NCBI GenBank assembly: GCA_963796955.1
Contig: CAWCNJ010000004.1
Coordinates: 32,001-96,000 of the forward strand
Origin: Endomicrobiales bacterium
Lineage (GTDB): Bacteria > Elusimicrobiota > Endomicrobiia > Endomicrobiales > JALOBY01
DNA length: 64,000 bases
Direction: 5' to 3'
Both the position numbers and the translations under genes were made by a program. This document shows, in pieces, positions 39,579 through 50,079 of the stretch. Every line of letters starts with the position of its first letter. Positions within the stretch are counted from its first letter, which is position 1. The notes beneath the pieces are model-generated. The model was not told the DNA's origin. It made no database searches and saw only the letters and a program-made list of their open reading frames with translations.

Positions 39579-41398
39579 GAACAAAACGATCGAAACCGTT
39601 GCTTATCGCTCTCGGTATGGCAGTGCTGGTACTGGTACTCTGGGGACTCGGGTTCCTGCAAAATCTGGAGAACAGGAGCATTGACTACCGGTTCATGCTG
39701 CGCGGGCAGATCGCGCCTTCCGATAAGATCGTTATTGTCACGGCCGACGAAGAATCCTTCAAAGTTCTGGGCCGGTGGCCCTGGCCGCGCAGCACTCACG
39801 CGAAACTGATAGATATTCTAAATAACGCCGGCGCTAAAGCTATTGTTTTCGATATACTGTTCTCAGAACCTGATAAAGAACATCCCGAAGCCGACCGGGC
39901 GTTGGCGGAAGCGGCCAGGCGAAGCGGAAAAGTTGTTTTCTGTAGTATGTACCAGATGGAGCACGGGATGCCGGTAAACCCTATCATGCCTATCCGCCTG
40001 CTCAAGGATGCCGCCCCCACCGGTTTCTCCAATATATGGCCGGAGCTGGACGGCGTTACCCGCAAAGCGGCGCTCATGATGCAATATCAAGACAACATGC
40101 TTCCTTCCCTGAGCATGCAGGGTTTGTCCATCTATACCGGTAAATCGCCTAAGCAAGTCTTGGCTTATCACGGCATAACGTTAAGTGATACCATCAACGA
40201 AATACCCTTGAACTTCTACGGCGGCTATGAATCCTTCAAATACATTTCGTTCTATAAGGCAGTCACCGGAGAGGTACCGGCCGGCGAATTTAAAGATAAG
40301 ATCGTTCTGATCGGCGGCACCGCCGCGGGATTGTTCGATTTCAAGGCGATGCCGTTCTCTCCGACGTATCCCGGGGTAGAGGTCCACGCGACGGCCATGA
40401 GCAATATTTTGCGCGACGATTTCCTGGACAGCGCCCCCTGGTGGCTGACGCTGCTGCTGGTACTTTTTTTCGCGACATGCGCGGGTTGGGCGCTCTCGGG
40501 GTTACAGGCTTTGTATGGCGCGCTGAGCTGCCTTGCCATGTTCATCGGTTACTACGCCGCCTGTTGCCTTTTTTTCTCGAAAGCCCACTATGACCTTGAA
40601 GCCGCCGCGCCTCTGTTGTCGTTGGCGTTAAGTTATGGGGCGGTCGTTTTTTACCGTTTTATGACCGAGGAGAAGGAAAAACGCAAGATCAAAAATACCA
40701 TAGGCCACTATATTAACAGACAATTGCTGGAAAAAGTACTTGCTGATCCCGGTCTCTTGAAGCTCGGCGGCGATCGCAAGAACCTGAGCGTACTATTCTC
40801 GGATATCCGTGGTTTCACCACGATCTCCGAATCGATGAAACCGGAAGAGGTGGTGCCGCTGCTGAACGAGTATTTAAGTAAAATGGTGGACGTCGTTTTC
40901 AGGAATGACGGCACGCTGGATAAATTCATAGGCGATGCGGTCATGGCTTTCTGGGGCGCCCCGGTACCCGATGAGCTGCACCCGCGCAAGGCCGTAATGT
41001 GCGCCATTGAAATGATCGAGGAGCTGAAGCTGCTTCAGGAAAAATGGCGCCGTGAGGGAAAACCGGTGATAGAGATCGGTATCGGTGTCAACACCGGCGA
41101 CATGGTCGTCGGCAATATGGGATCCGGCCAGAAAATGGAATATACGGTTATCGGCGATAATGTAAATCTGGGCAGCCGCCTGGAAGGCTTGAACAAGGAA
41201 TATCACACCCGCATCATCGTGTCGGAGGCGACGTTCCTTGCCGTGCAGGATCTGGTGGAAGCACAGCTGCTCGGCAGTGTTAAGGTAAAAGGAAAAACGA
41301 AAGAAGTAACGATCTATCAAATACTGGGACGTAAAGGCGAAATTTCTTCGCCGGCCGGGCATTTCGATCCGGACAAACGACTGACCATCGAGAAATAA
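39575..41398 (+). CDS. CHASE2-domain class III adenylate cyclase
   Basis: WPWPR, PGVEVHA, three TM segments, FSDIRGFT, DKFIGD, TVIGDNVNLGSRLE. Confidence 0.95.
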   Translation: MRTKRSKPLLIALGMAVLVLVLWGLGFLQNLENRSIDYRFMLRGQIAPSDKIVIVTADEESFKVLGRWPWPRSTHAKLIDILNNAGAKAIVFDILFSEPDKEHPEADRALAEAARRSGKVVFCSMYQMEHGMPVNPIMPIRLLKDAAPTGFSNIWPELDGVTRKAALMMQYQDNMLPSLSMQGLSIYTGKSPKQVLAYHGITLSDTINEIPLNFYGGYESFKYISFYKAVTGEVPAGEFKDKIVLIGGTAAGLFDFKAMPFSPTYPGVEVHATAMSNILRDDFLDSAPWWLTLLLVLFFATCAGWALSGLQALYGALSCLAMFIGYYAACCLFFSKAHYDLEAAAPLLSLALSYGAVVFYRFMTEEKEKRKIKNTIGHYINRQLLEKVLADPGLLKLGGDRKNLSVLFSDIRGFTTISESMKPEEVVPLLNEYLSKMVDVVFRNDGTLDKFIGDAVMAFWGAPVPDELHPRKAVMCAIEMIEELKLLQEKWRREGKPVIEIGIGVNTGDMVVGNMGSGQKMEYTVIGDNVNLGSRLEGLNKEYHTRIIVSEATFLAVQDLVEAQLLGSVKVKGKTKEVTIYQILGRKGEISSPAGHFDPDKRLTIEK

Positions 41399-41401
41399 CC
41401 T

Positions 41402-42127
41402 ATGCTTGAATTCGTTCTGGGCCTGAATATTTTCTGGCGCCTTTTCCTGGCGCACCTGCTGGCGGATTTCACGCTGCAAACGAACCGCCTTGCGGCTTGG
41501 AAGCGCAAAAGCCCCGCCGGCACTTCCGTTCATTCGTTGATATTCGGTTTGAGTGCCTCGGTGTTATGCTGGCCCTATACTGTCCGAACATGGCATCTCT
41601 ATTTCGGGCATATCATCCTGCCCGGCTGGGCCATTATCCTTATTCTCACGGCATTACATTTTGCGGAAGATCAGTGGCGGGTTTCGGCGATCATTAGACG
41701 CGGCAAAGAAGATTCGTTCGCGTTCTTCGCCTGGGATCAGTGTTTTCACGCCGGTGTTATTTTTCTGCTGTCACCGGCACCTGTCGCCCCGGTTGAAAAG
41801 TGGGTAATGCTGGCGATAATTGTAGTATTCGTTACTCATTTTTCGACGATACTCATCTATTATCTTGAAAAGCTGATCATGGGCTCCGCCAGCATGGAGC
41901 CTAAAGAAAAATACAAGCAGATGGCTGAACGGACGTGCCTGGCCGCGGTGATCTTACTGCCGGGCTGGTGGGGTTTTGTTTTCGCCTCGGTCTGGACGGC
42001 GCGCAGCGGAATTCTTGCGTTATCGAATTCCGGCAGGCCGGCTCACATCAAAGGCCTGGGGGGGAATGTACTTGCACTGCTTGCGGGCATCGTCGCCCGC
42101 GAATTATTGTACGCTACTCTACCGTAA
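41402..42127 (+). CDS. DUF3307 membrane protein
   Basis: AHLLADFTLQT, HFAED, WDQCFH motifs among TM segments. Confidence 0.85.
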   Translation: MLEFVLGLNIFWRLFLAHLLADFTLQTNRLAAWKRKSPAGTSVHSLIFGLSASVLCWPYTVRTWHLYFGHIILPGWAIILILTALHFAEDQWRVSAIIRRGKEDSFAFFAWDQCFHAGVIFLLSPAPVAPVEKWVMLAIIVVFVTHFSTILIYYLEKLIMGSASMEPKEKYKQMAERTCLAAVILLPGWWGFVFASVWTARSGILALSNSGRPAHIKGLGGNVLALLAGIVARELLYATLP

Positions 42128-43637
42128 CCCTGAAAACCTCTTCGACCGTCGTTAAACCCTGCCGGACCAGGGCTAATCCGCCCTCCCTCAATGAAAAATA
42201 GCTGGATGGTTTTGGCGCGTTGACGATATCCCTGAAAACATTGGCCGAATTGATAAAAGCCCGTAATTCGTCGGTCATTACGAGCAGTTCAAATATGCCG
42301 ATGCGTCCCAGATAACCGGAATTGTTGCATGCGGGGCAGCCGCTGGACCGGTACAGTAAAATATCTTTGGCGGCTGTTTCTTCTACGCCCGGGAAAAGCA
42401 GTTTTATTGCGCGCACGGGCGGTTTATAGCTTTGCTTGCATTTCGGGCACAGTGCCCGCACCAGTCTTTGAGCGAGAATACCTGTGACTGTAGAAGATAT
42501 CAGATATGGCTCGATACCCATGTCTTTAAGACGTACCAGAGTGCCGATGGAATCGTTCGTGTGCAGTGTGGAAAGCACCAGGTGGCCCGTCATAGCTGCT
42601 TTCATCGCGATCTCGGCCGTGTCTTTGTCACGTATCTCCCCGACCATTATTATGTCGGGGTCTTGCCTCAGTGAGGCGCGCAGGCCTGCCGTAAACGTCA
42701 TGCCGATCTTTGTATTTACCTGTACTTGCGTAATACCCGCCTCGCCACCTTTTCCCGCCAGCAACTCATATTCGATCGGATCTTCCAGGGTAATAACGTT
42801 CTTCAACGGCGATTTCAGCCGGTTAAGCACCGCGTAAAGAGTCGTCGTTTTTCCTGAACCGGTAGGGCCCGTGACCAATATCATGCCCTGTGCTTTTTGA
42901 ATGATGGTCTCAAAGGCGCCCTGCACGCCGGGGTCAAAGCCGAGTTTAGCCAGATCCAGTGACTGGGACGTTTTATCCAGCACCCTGATAACTACTTTCT
43001 CGCCATATTTTCCCGGTAAGGTTGAAACGCGAAAATCTATGTAATGTTCTTTTACCGTGGCAGTGAACTGCCCGTCCTGGGGCAATCTGCGTTCTGTTAT
43101 GTCCATGTTAGACATTACTTTTATCCGGGCAATAAGCGAGGCCTGCAGGGGTTTTTGGAACATATGCACGGTATGCAGCACGCCGTCCACGCGAAAGCGT
43201 ACGAAAAGGGCGTTGTTTTGAGGTTCAATATGAATGTCGCTCGCCCCCGATCCCACGGCGAGATCCACTATCTTGTCTACCAGCCGCACGATCACGGAAG
43301 AACCTGCGTTGTCCAGGCCCGAGGACTCGGCGTCAGACAGCTGCAACTCCTTATTCTCTACATACCCATCAGCCTCGTTAAAGGCGCACTGCAGGGCATC
43401 AAGTATCGCCTGTTTAGGAGCAAATGCTATCGATATCTCGTACCCTGTGGCGGCACGGATAGCGTTAAGTATATCCTGGTTTTCTGGTGTCGATATGGCG
43501 ATAGAAAGTATTTCGTTCGAGAAATCGAAGGGAATGAAGGCGTACTTGTTCATCAGTTCGCGGCTTGTTTTACGCAGCAGGTCGCTTTTGATGCTGCATG
43601 AGGCGAGGTCTATCCTCGGAACATTGCTCTCGGACAT
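42114..43637 (-). CDS. GspE/PilB family secretion or pilus assembly ATPase
   Basis: ASDIH, PQDG, GPTGSGKT, EDPIE, RQDPD, GEIRD, STLHTN, CPKC/CPAC; start moved to MSESNV (RBS AAGGTGG). Confidence 0.93.
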   Translation of the reverse strand: MSESNVPRIDLASCSIKSDLLRKTSRELMNKYAFIPFDFSNEILSIAISTPENQDILNAIRAATGYEISIAFAPKQAILDALQCAFNEADGYVENKELQLSDAESSGLDNAGSSVIVRLVDKIVDLAVGSGASDIHIEPQNNALFVRFRVDGVLHTVHMFQKPLQASLIARIKVMSNMDITERRLPQDGQFTATVKEHYIDFRVSTLPGKYGEKVVIRVLDKTSQSLDLAKLGFDPGVQGAFETIIQKAQGMILVTGPTGSGKTTTLYAVLNRLKSPLKNVITLEDPIEYELLAGKGGEAGITQVQVNTKIGMTFTAGLRASLRQDPDIIMVGEIRDKDTAEIAMKAAMTGHLVLSTLHTNDSIGTLVRLKDMGIEPYLISSTVTGILAQRLVRALCPKCKQSYKPPVRAIKLLFPGVEETAAKDILLYRSSGCPACNNSGYLGRIGIFELLVMTDELRAFINSANVFRDIVNAPKPSSYFSLREGGLALVRQGLTTVEEVFRVTVE

Positions 43638-43666
43638 CGGGTCCACCTTTTTAATCTCCAGCGCTC

Positions 43667-44032
43667 TTACGCCTTGTTGGTAAGGCGCACCAGTAAACGC
43701 AGCAGTTCCTGATGATCTACCGGTTTTGTTAAATACTCGTCTGCCCCTGATTCGAAGCCCCGCAGCTGATCTATATCCTTGGAACGGGCGGTCAGCATAA
43801 CGACCGGCACCTCTTTGGTCCTCGGGTTGCCCTTCAGGGTCTTGCAAACGTCCCAGCCGTCCCTTCTTGGCATCATAACGTCGAGAATTATCACATCAAA
43901 ACTGTTGTTGATCGCGGCTTCCACACCCTTATCGCCGTCGATAGCCTCGGTCACTTCAAAACCGGCATTCTCCAGGCGCAGCCGCAGTATTTCCCGGTTC
44001 TGGTTGTCGTCATCAATGATAAGTATCTTCAT
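43667..44032 (-). CDS. Single-domain response regulator
   Basis: IIDDD, LDVMMP, LTA, KP. Confidence 0.94.
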   Translation of the reverse strand: MKILIIDDDNQNREILRLRLENAGFEVTEAIDGDKGVEAAINNSFDVIILDVMMPRRDGWDVCKTLKGNPRTKEVPVVMLTARSKDIDQLRGFESGADEYLTKPVDHQELLRLLVRLTNKA

Positions 44033-44422
44033 TTAGCTGGTTTTCCTCTGCCGGATACGTTCCAGCCAGTCAGTTATTTTGGCAAGCAACAGCTTCGGCG
44101 GGCAGGGTTTTGAAACGTAATCATCGCATTGTCCCGCCAGCGCCTTGGCCTCGTCGGCCCGTGAGGCATGCGCAGTGTAGGCTATGATCACGATGTCCTT
44201 GGTCGCGGTGTCCGCCTTAAGCATTTTCGTAGCCTGCCAGCCGTCAAGTTTCGGCATTGAAAGATCCATTAAGATAACAGCCGGTCCGCGCGTGCGCGCC
44301 AGTTCCAGCGCTTCAACTCCGTTGGTGGCTATAATAACTTCAAAATCATGTGCCTCAAGGATCTCTTTTGCTATCTCTCGGTTGTCAAGATCATCGTCGG
44401 CAATCAGTATCAGCGGTCGCAT
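44033..44422 (-). CDS. Single-domain response regulator (DivK-like)
   Basis: ADDD, MDLSMPKLDGW, YTAHA, KP. Confidence 0.94.
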   Translation of the reverse strand: MRPLILIADDDLDNREIAKEILEAHDFEVIIATNGVEALELARTRGPAVILMDLSMPKLDGWQATKMLKADTATKDIVIIAYTAHASRADEAKALAGQCDDYVSKPCPPKLLLAKITDWLERIRQRKTS

Positions 44423-44436
44423 AGTGCCTCTTTAGG

Positions 44437-46398
44437 TCAGCGTTCTTGGTCCTTATGGCTGCTCTTTTCGAACTGGCGCTTGATCTCGTTCAAAATATCC
44501 CGCAGGTTCTTCGAGCCTTTTGTTATGATCACTTCCGCGCGTTTTCCCAGATCCGAAGCTTCCTGATCGGTCAGTGTTTTCGCGGTCATAATAATAACGC
44601 GTATTTCTTCATTTCCCGGTATCTCCTGCAATTTTTGCAGAAATTCAAAACCGCTCATCTTGGGCATCATCAGGTCCAGGATAACGAAATCAGGGCGGTC
44701 CGCCTTGATCAGTTCCAGGGCGGTACTGCCGTTATCGATAGAGGTGATACGGTACCCGGCATTTTGCAGCAGGGTACGCATAATATTGTTGAATTCCTTG
44801 TCATCGTCCAGTATCATTACTTTTCTGTTCGAGGCGTTGGAAAGCTTGCCGAGTCTTTCTATGAGCGTCTTGCGCTCGAAAGGCTTGGATATATAGTCGG
44901 CGCTGCCCAGCGAGAAGCCCAGTGCCTTGTTCTCCATGACAGAGAGAATGATGACCGGTATATGCATGGTGTCTTCGTCATTCTTCAACGATTGCAGCGT
45001 GCTCCAGCCGTCGCGGTGCGGCATCAGTATGTCCAGGGTTATGGCGAAAGGACGCAGCTGCTTAGCCATGGAGATGCCCTCGTCGCTGTTGAGCGCGCTT
45101 ACCAGAGTGTATTCCGTTTGCGCCAGGGTATCTTTCAATATGCGGTGCACCTCAGGATCATCGTCGATGCTTAAAATTATCTTTTTGTGTGCATCCAACA
45201 CAGCGGATTGCAGCTCTCCGGGCATTGCCGGGTCAAGCGCACTAACATCGGTGCTGCGGCAGGGCAGCGTTATAGAAAAAACAGAACCCTTACCGACCTC
45301 GCTGGTAACCGAGACAAAGCCGCCCATCAGCTCGGCAAGTTTTTTGACTATCGTAAGGCCCAGGCCCGTTCCGCCGTATTCCCGGGTGGTCGAAGCATCG
45401 CCCTGGCGAAATTCCTCAAAGATGGTTTCCAGGAACTCCGGCTTAATGCCAATGCCCGTGTCCGCGACGCTGATACATATCTGGGAGATATCTCTATTTT
45501 TTTCATTGCCGGGTGTTTCGAAGAGCTGCTTGCATTCAACGTTAAGGGTAACACCGCCGGCGCTCGTGAATTTTATAGCGTTGCCGAGCAGGTTTATCAT
45601 TACCTGCTTCAGCCGCGTCCGGTCGCCGGTCATGATAATGTTGTCCGGGAAATCATTGACCTTCAGGGAAATATTTTTTTCCCGGGCAAGGGATTCCATG
45701 GCGTCAGAAACTTCCGTTATCGCGTCGTGCAGTTTGAATTCCTCGACGTACAGGGTGATCTTCCCTGCCGTCAATTTAGAAATATCCAGGATGTTGTTTA
45801 TCAGGTGCAGCAGGTTGTTGGCATTGGTGCCGACGCGCTTGAGCACGGACTGCTGCTTTTCTGTCAGCGTGCCGTAAATGCCGTCCATAAGAAGCGACGT
45901 GTAGCCGATGATCGCGTTCATCGGTGTGCGCAGTTCGTGGCTGGTGTTGGCAAGGAATTCAGATTTCAGGCGGTGCAGCTCTTTTAAGGAGACTATCTCC
46001 GAGCTTAATTTCTGCTTCTCCAAGGCTTTTTCAATGCGTGAGTACAATTCGTCGAGGTTGTACGGTTTGCTGATAAAGTCGTAGGCGCCGTTCTTAATGC
46101 TTTCCACCGCCATGTCGATGGTGCCGAATCCCGTGGTCATTATTACTTCAATATTAGGATCAATGTTCTTCAATACCGGCAGCACGTCAAGACCCGACAG
46201 CTTAGGCATTTTGATATCGCTTATGACGATATTGAATTTGCTCTCTTTGAATTTCTCGATACCTTCCTCACCGTCGTGAGCGGTGACCACCTGATACCCG
46301 TGGCTGGTTAGCTCGAAGGTCAGCAGGTCTAAAATGCCCTGCTCATCGTCCATGCAGAGAATGCGTATCTGTCCTGATTCAGCCGGTATGTTAGTCAT
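44437..46398 (-). CDS. Hybrid histidine kinase REC-HisKA-HATPase-REC-REC
   Basis: N-terminal REC, SHELRTPMN, GGTGLGL, two C-terminal REC domains. Confidence 0.95.
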   Translation of the reverse strand: MTNIPAESGQIRILCMDDEQGILDLLTFELTSHGYQVVTAHDGEEGIEKFKESKFNIVISDIKMPKLSGLDVLPVLKNIDPNIEVIMTTGFGTIDMAVESIKNGAYDFISKPYNLDELYSRIEKALEKQKLSSEIVSLKELHRLKSEFLANTSHELRTPMNAIIGYTSLLMDGIYGTLTEKQQSVLKRVGTNANNLLHLINNILDISKLTAGKITLYVEEFKLHDAITEVSDAMESLAREKNISLKVNDFPDNIIMTGDRTRLKQVMINLLGNAIKFTSAGGVTLNVECKQLFETPGNEKNRDISQICISVADTGIGIKPEFLETIFEEFRQGDASTTREYGGTGLGLTIVKKLAELMGGFVSVTSEVGKGSVFSITLPCRSTDVSALDPAMPGELQSAVLDAHKKIILSIDDDPEVHRILKDTLAQTEYTLVSALNSDEGISMAKQLRPFAITLDILMPHRDGWSTLQSLKNDEDTMHIPVIILSVMENKALGFSLGSADYISKPFERKTLIERLGKLSNASNRKVMILDDDKEFNNIMRTLLQNAGYRITSIDNGSTALELIKADRPDFVILDLMMPKMSGFEFLQKLQEIPGNEEIRVIIMTAKTLTDQEASDLGKRAEVIITKGSKNLRDILNEIKRQFEKSSHKDQER

Positions 46399-46406
46399 GG
46401 GGTATC

Positions 46407-48566
46407 CTATTTTTCCGTTACCGGAAGATTTATCTTGAAGGTGGTCCCCTCTCCAACTTCGCTTTCCACATCTATGGTGCCGTGGTGCTTGTTGACTATT
46501 TCATACACCAGCGAAAGTCCAAGGCCGGTGCCCTTGCCTACTTCTTTAGTGGTAAAGAACGGTTCAAAAATATTCCCTACTATTTCTCTCGGTATGCCGG
46601 TGCCGTTGTCGGTAACACGGATCTGCACATATTCGCCTCTCATCTCAGTGGGGAACATGGTGCTGACCGTCAGCGTGCCGCCTTTTGCCATCGCGTCGAT
46701 AGCGTTGGTGCATAAATTTATAACCACCTGCTGTATCTGGTTACGGCTGAGCTTTACCAGCGGTATGTTCTCATTAAGGTTGCGGATAAGTTCAATGTTC
46801 TGGACTTTTGTCTGAGCTGCCACCAGGGTAAGGGCGGTCCCGACAACTTCATTCAGGTCGCAGTTCTCTTTTTCCAATTTGTTCACCCGCGAAAACGTCA
46901 GCAGGTCCTGGACGAGGTTCTTGCAGCGTTTTGCCTCTCGTTCGATCGATGTTAAGGGCATATACAGCGCATCTTCCGGTTTCAGGGTCCGCATAAGCGA
47001 TTGAGCAAAGCCGAGGATGACCCCCAGCGGGTTGTTGATCTCATGGGCCACCCCGCCTGCCAGCTGGCCAACGGCGGCCATTTTCTCCGATTGTAACAGA
47101 GATTTCGCCAGGCGTTCTTTTTCGTGTTCTATGAATTTGTGTTCTGTCAGATCGCGCACCAGGCCGAATATGCCCACCACTTTGCCGTCCTCTATCTGCG
47201 GCGCGATGGTGAATTCACCGGTCATTTGCCCGAAATTCGTTTTGAGCCGTAATTCATGCTTGGGGGGGTGCAGACCTTTCAAGGCCATCGCGAACATGGT
47301 AGTAGCCGCCGGCGCATCTTCTTCCACCACCAGATCGGTGCCGTTTCGCCCGATCCAGTCGCCTATCCTATAGCCGCAGATCTTTTCAAAGGCGGCGTTA
47401 AAAGAAGTGAAACAGCTGTCCAGGCCGATCGTAAAGATCGTATCCGGCATGGTTTCTACCAGCGAACGGTAGCGTTCCTGGGCCTTCTTTCTCTCACTGA
47501 TATCCAGGGCGACACAGACCACGCCTTCCATCTTGCCGTTGCTGTCAGGCAGGACCGAGCCTGAAAATAGCATAGGGATATGCCTGCCGTCTTTCGTAAC
47601 GTAGGTTTCCTCGATGTTTTGCAGTGATCCGTTCTGCATAAGCCGTTGGTACCCCTCGGATTGACTGCCTTCTCTAAATAATGGGTTCTCACCGAAGATC
47701 ATGGAAAGAGGTTGGTTCAACAGCTCTGATTCAGTGTAACCCAACAGCTGCGTCGTTGCGCGGTTCACGCTCTTAATGGTCAAGTCGGGATTTATGACGA
47801 TAAGTGTGTCGAGCATGGAACCGATCACGTTATCGACATAACCTTTCGAGACCAGTGTTTTTGAAAGCTCGGCCGTCATGCGGTTAAAGGCGTCGCCAAG
47901 CCTTCCCACTTCATCCGTCGTTTTGGTGACGACCTTGTGCGACAGGTCCCCTTCCGATATCTTCTCCGTGGCGCTTACCAGTTCCTGAAGCGGTTTCGTG
48001 ATTCGTCTGATAAGAAGGAACATAACGCCCATGGAAAGGAGCACTATCAGCGCAGTGATCAGAGCGGCTTTTCTTTTAAGATTGTCAATAAGCCGATAGA
48101 TGTCCATAAGGGAAAAGGTAAGGCGGACGGAACCTATCTCCTCTTCGGGACGGTCCTTTTGAGTGTCCTCCGGGAACATTATTTCTTCGTTGCTTTTAGA
48201 TGACTTTTCCGATTTGGTTTGTTTCGTTACAATGGGTTTTGCAATGGTCCTGGAAGGTTCATTTTTTGATCCGCCGCTTGCTATGAGAATGGATCCTGAT
48301 TTATCGGTTATCGTAATTTGCGTTACGCTCTTGTCCAGCATGGCGCTATGGACGATGCCTTCCAGAAGAGCGGAGTTCCTGGTAAGGACGGCGTACTCGG
48401 CGTTCGAAGCGATATTGGCGGTGATCGAGTCGGCATGCCGGGTAGCTACCGAGACGAGCACGTTGTTCTCATTCCGTAAAAAAATAGTGGTAAGCAGGAC
48501 GGATGACAGAATGACCATTATCGAAACGATCAGGAAAAATTTAGGGGCCAGCCTATTTGTAAACAT
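46407..48566 (-). CDS. Membrane HAMP-PAS-PAS histidine kinase (NtrB-like)
   Basis: Two TM segments, HAMP, PAS, AHEINNPL, PFFTTK, GTGLGL; start placed at MFTNRL. Confidence 0.93.
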   Translation of the reverse strand: MFTNRLAPKFFLIVSIMVILSSVLLTTIFLRNENNVLVSVATRHADSITANIASNAEYAVLTRNSALLEGIVHSAMLDKSVTQITITDKSGSILIASGGSKNEPSRTIAKPIVTKQTKSEKSSKSNEEIMFPEDTQKDRPEEEIGSVRLTFSLMDIYRLIDNLKRKAALITALIVLLSMGVMFLLIRRITKPLQELVSATEKISEGDLSHKVVTKTTDEVGRLGDAFNRMTAELSKTLVSKGYVDNVIGSMLDTLIVINPDLTIKSVNRATTQLLGYTESELLNQPLSMIFGENPLFREGSQSEGYQRLMQNGSLQNIEETYVTKDGRHIPMLFSGSVLPDSNGKMEGVVCVALDISERKKAQERYRSLVETMPDTIFTIGLDSCFTSFNAAFEKICGYRIGDWIGRNGTDLVVEEDAPAATTMFAMALKGLHPPKHELRLKTNFGQMTGEFTIAPQIEDGKVVGIFGLVRDLTEHKFIEHEKERLAKSLLQSEKMAAVGQLAGGVAHEINNPLGVILGFAQSLMRTLKPEDALYMPLTSIEREAKRCKNLVQDLLTFSRVNKLEKENCDLNEVVGTALTLVAAQTKVQNIELIRNLNENIPLVKLSRNQIQQVVINLCTNAIDAMAKGGTLTVSTMFPTEMRGEYVQIRVTDNGTGIPREIVGNIFEPFFTTKEVGKGTGLGLSLVYEIVNKHHGTIDVESEVGEGTTFKINLPVTEK

Positions 48567-49440
48567 TCGTTGCCCCTTGAATGATCGCATTCGGGATGGT
48601 AATGCCGAGGCGTTCGGCCGCGATAAGATTCAACGAAGTTTCTATGGTTTCAGGTTCTTCAGGAGGTATGTGTGAGACAGGCTCTCCGTTTAATATTTTT
48701 ACGACCATCTTCGCGGTCTGCATGCCTATAGAATGGTAACTGCAGGAAAATGAGCACAAGGCCCCGGCTTTAACGTAGTACGAGGACAGGCCGATCACCG
48801 GAACACGGTCTCGCAGAGAATACAGCAATATGTCCTCCGCGGTCTGAGGGGTGTATACCGTCGGGTCCGGAATTATCCACAAGGCGTCGACACGCGGCCC
48901 CAGCTCTCTTACGTCGTTATAGATCTCGGCGATCTTTGATACCTTGACCGCTATGATCTTAATGTTGAGCTCACTGGCCTCATTGATACTTTGTTCAACC
49001 AGTTCGCGGGTTTGAGCGGGATCGTAAAGCACGCCGATTCGCTGCAACCCGGGTAATATTTTTTTACACAGGCCGAACTGTTTGCGGGGTGAAATGCCAA
49101 GCGATACGCCGGTGATATTGGGCTGCGGCGCTTCCGGTTTCATGACCATCATATACACGATCGGTGCGCCGGGTCTTGTTTTACTTATAAGGTCAACGGC
49201 CCTGGAGCCGACGGCTACTATGATCTGGGGCTGGCTGGACGCCGGGATAGCGTTCGCGCTATCGTACTCGTCAATACGCGCAGAAAGACTTGATCGAGAG
49301 ATCTCTTCCCGCAGTCCCGCGATCGCTGTTTCGTAAGGCGCTGCCGATCCGCTTTTTACTATCGCGATGGTGTGTTCTTCGGCAAACACAGCACATGCAG
49401 CGAAAAGCAGCAGCAGCAGCGTTGTTACGGATTGTTTCAT
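48553..49440 (-). CDS. ABC-type substrate-binding protein (no transporter genes nearby)
   Basis: Signal peptide; IGVLYDP, DALW, VKAGAL, LNL..AERLGITIP. Confidence 0.88.
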   Translation of the reverse strand: MKQSVTTLLLLLFAACAVFAEEHTIAIVKSGSAAPYETAIAGLREEISRSSLSARIDEYDSANAIPASSQPQIIVAVGSRAVDLISKTRPGAPIVYMMVMKPEAPQPNITGVSLGISPRKQFGLCKKILPGLQRIGVLYDPAQTRELVEQSINEASELNIKIIAVKVSKIAEIYNDVRELGPRVDALWIIPDPTVYTPQTAEDILLYSLRDRVPVIGLSSYYVKAGALCSFSCSYHSIGMQTAKMVVKILNGEPVSHIPPEEPETIETSLNLIAAERLGITIPNAIIQGATNVYK

Positions 49441-50018
49441 TTTGTGGAGCCCTTAAGCAGCCTGAAAAGTGATTCCTTCATGTCGGCAAGCTCAAAAGGT
49501 TTTGCCAGGAATTCATCCGCACCGGCAGCCAGCGCTTTATGCCGGTACTCGTCTTCGGTAAAGCCGGAAATGGCGAGGATCCTGGTGTCTCTAAGTTTTT
49601 CATTGGCGCGTATGGACCTGCATATCTTGAAACCGTCGATGCCGGGCAGCCGTAAGTCCAGTATTACCAGGGCCGGGTGAACGTCGGCGATCAGCTGCCC
49701 GGCGTCGAACCCATTGTCGGCGGTACTAACCTCCGCTCCCGTGATAAGTTTTTTAACGATCCGTTTTACCGTCGTGCATATGTTATTGTCATCATCGACG
49801 ACAACTATCCGCGGCGCGGAGGAATCCTGAAGGAAATCCGGTATGGGCATATTGTGCTTATGGAGAAAATTAAGCAGGTCTTTTGCCCACATGCGGCGAT
49901 GCCCGCCGCCGGTCGTAAAGGTCGGTATCAACCCTTTTTCGATCCAGTTGCCGATCGTGCTTGGTGTAACGTGGCAGATCTGTGCCGCTTCATACGTGCC
50001 GTAGGCTACTTTTTTCAT
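49437..50018 (-). CDS. Excisionase/MerR-like HTH fused to receiver domain
   Basis: EAAQICHVTPSTIGNW...TTGGGHRR, then VVDDD, LDLRLP, KP. Confidence 0.92.
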   Translation of the reverse strand: MKKVAYGTYEAAQICHVTPSTIGNWIEKGLIPTFTTGGGHRRMWAKDLLNFLHKHNMPIPDFLQDSSAPRIVVVDDDNNICTTVKRIVKKLITGAEVSTADNGFDAGQLIADVHPALVILDLRLPGIDGFKICRSIRANEKLRDTRILAISGFTEDEYRHKALAAGADEFLAKPFELADMKESLFRLLKGSTK

Positions 50019-50079
50019 ACATTATCCTTGTTTTTCATATGTATATGTGTACTGGTTGTTTAACGTGTTATTTGACATA

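Noticed and set aside
43638..43847. N-terminal extension of the GspE ATPase in the ORF track
   Set aside because: Overlaps the response regulator in another frame; RBS supports the start at 43637
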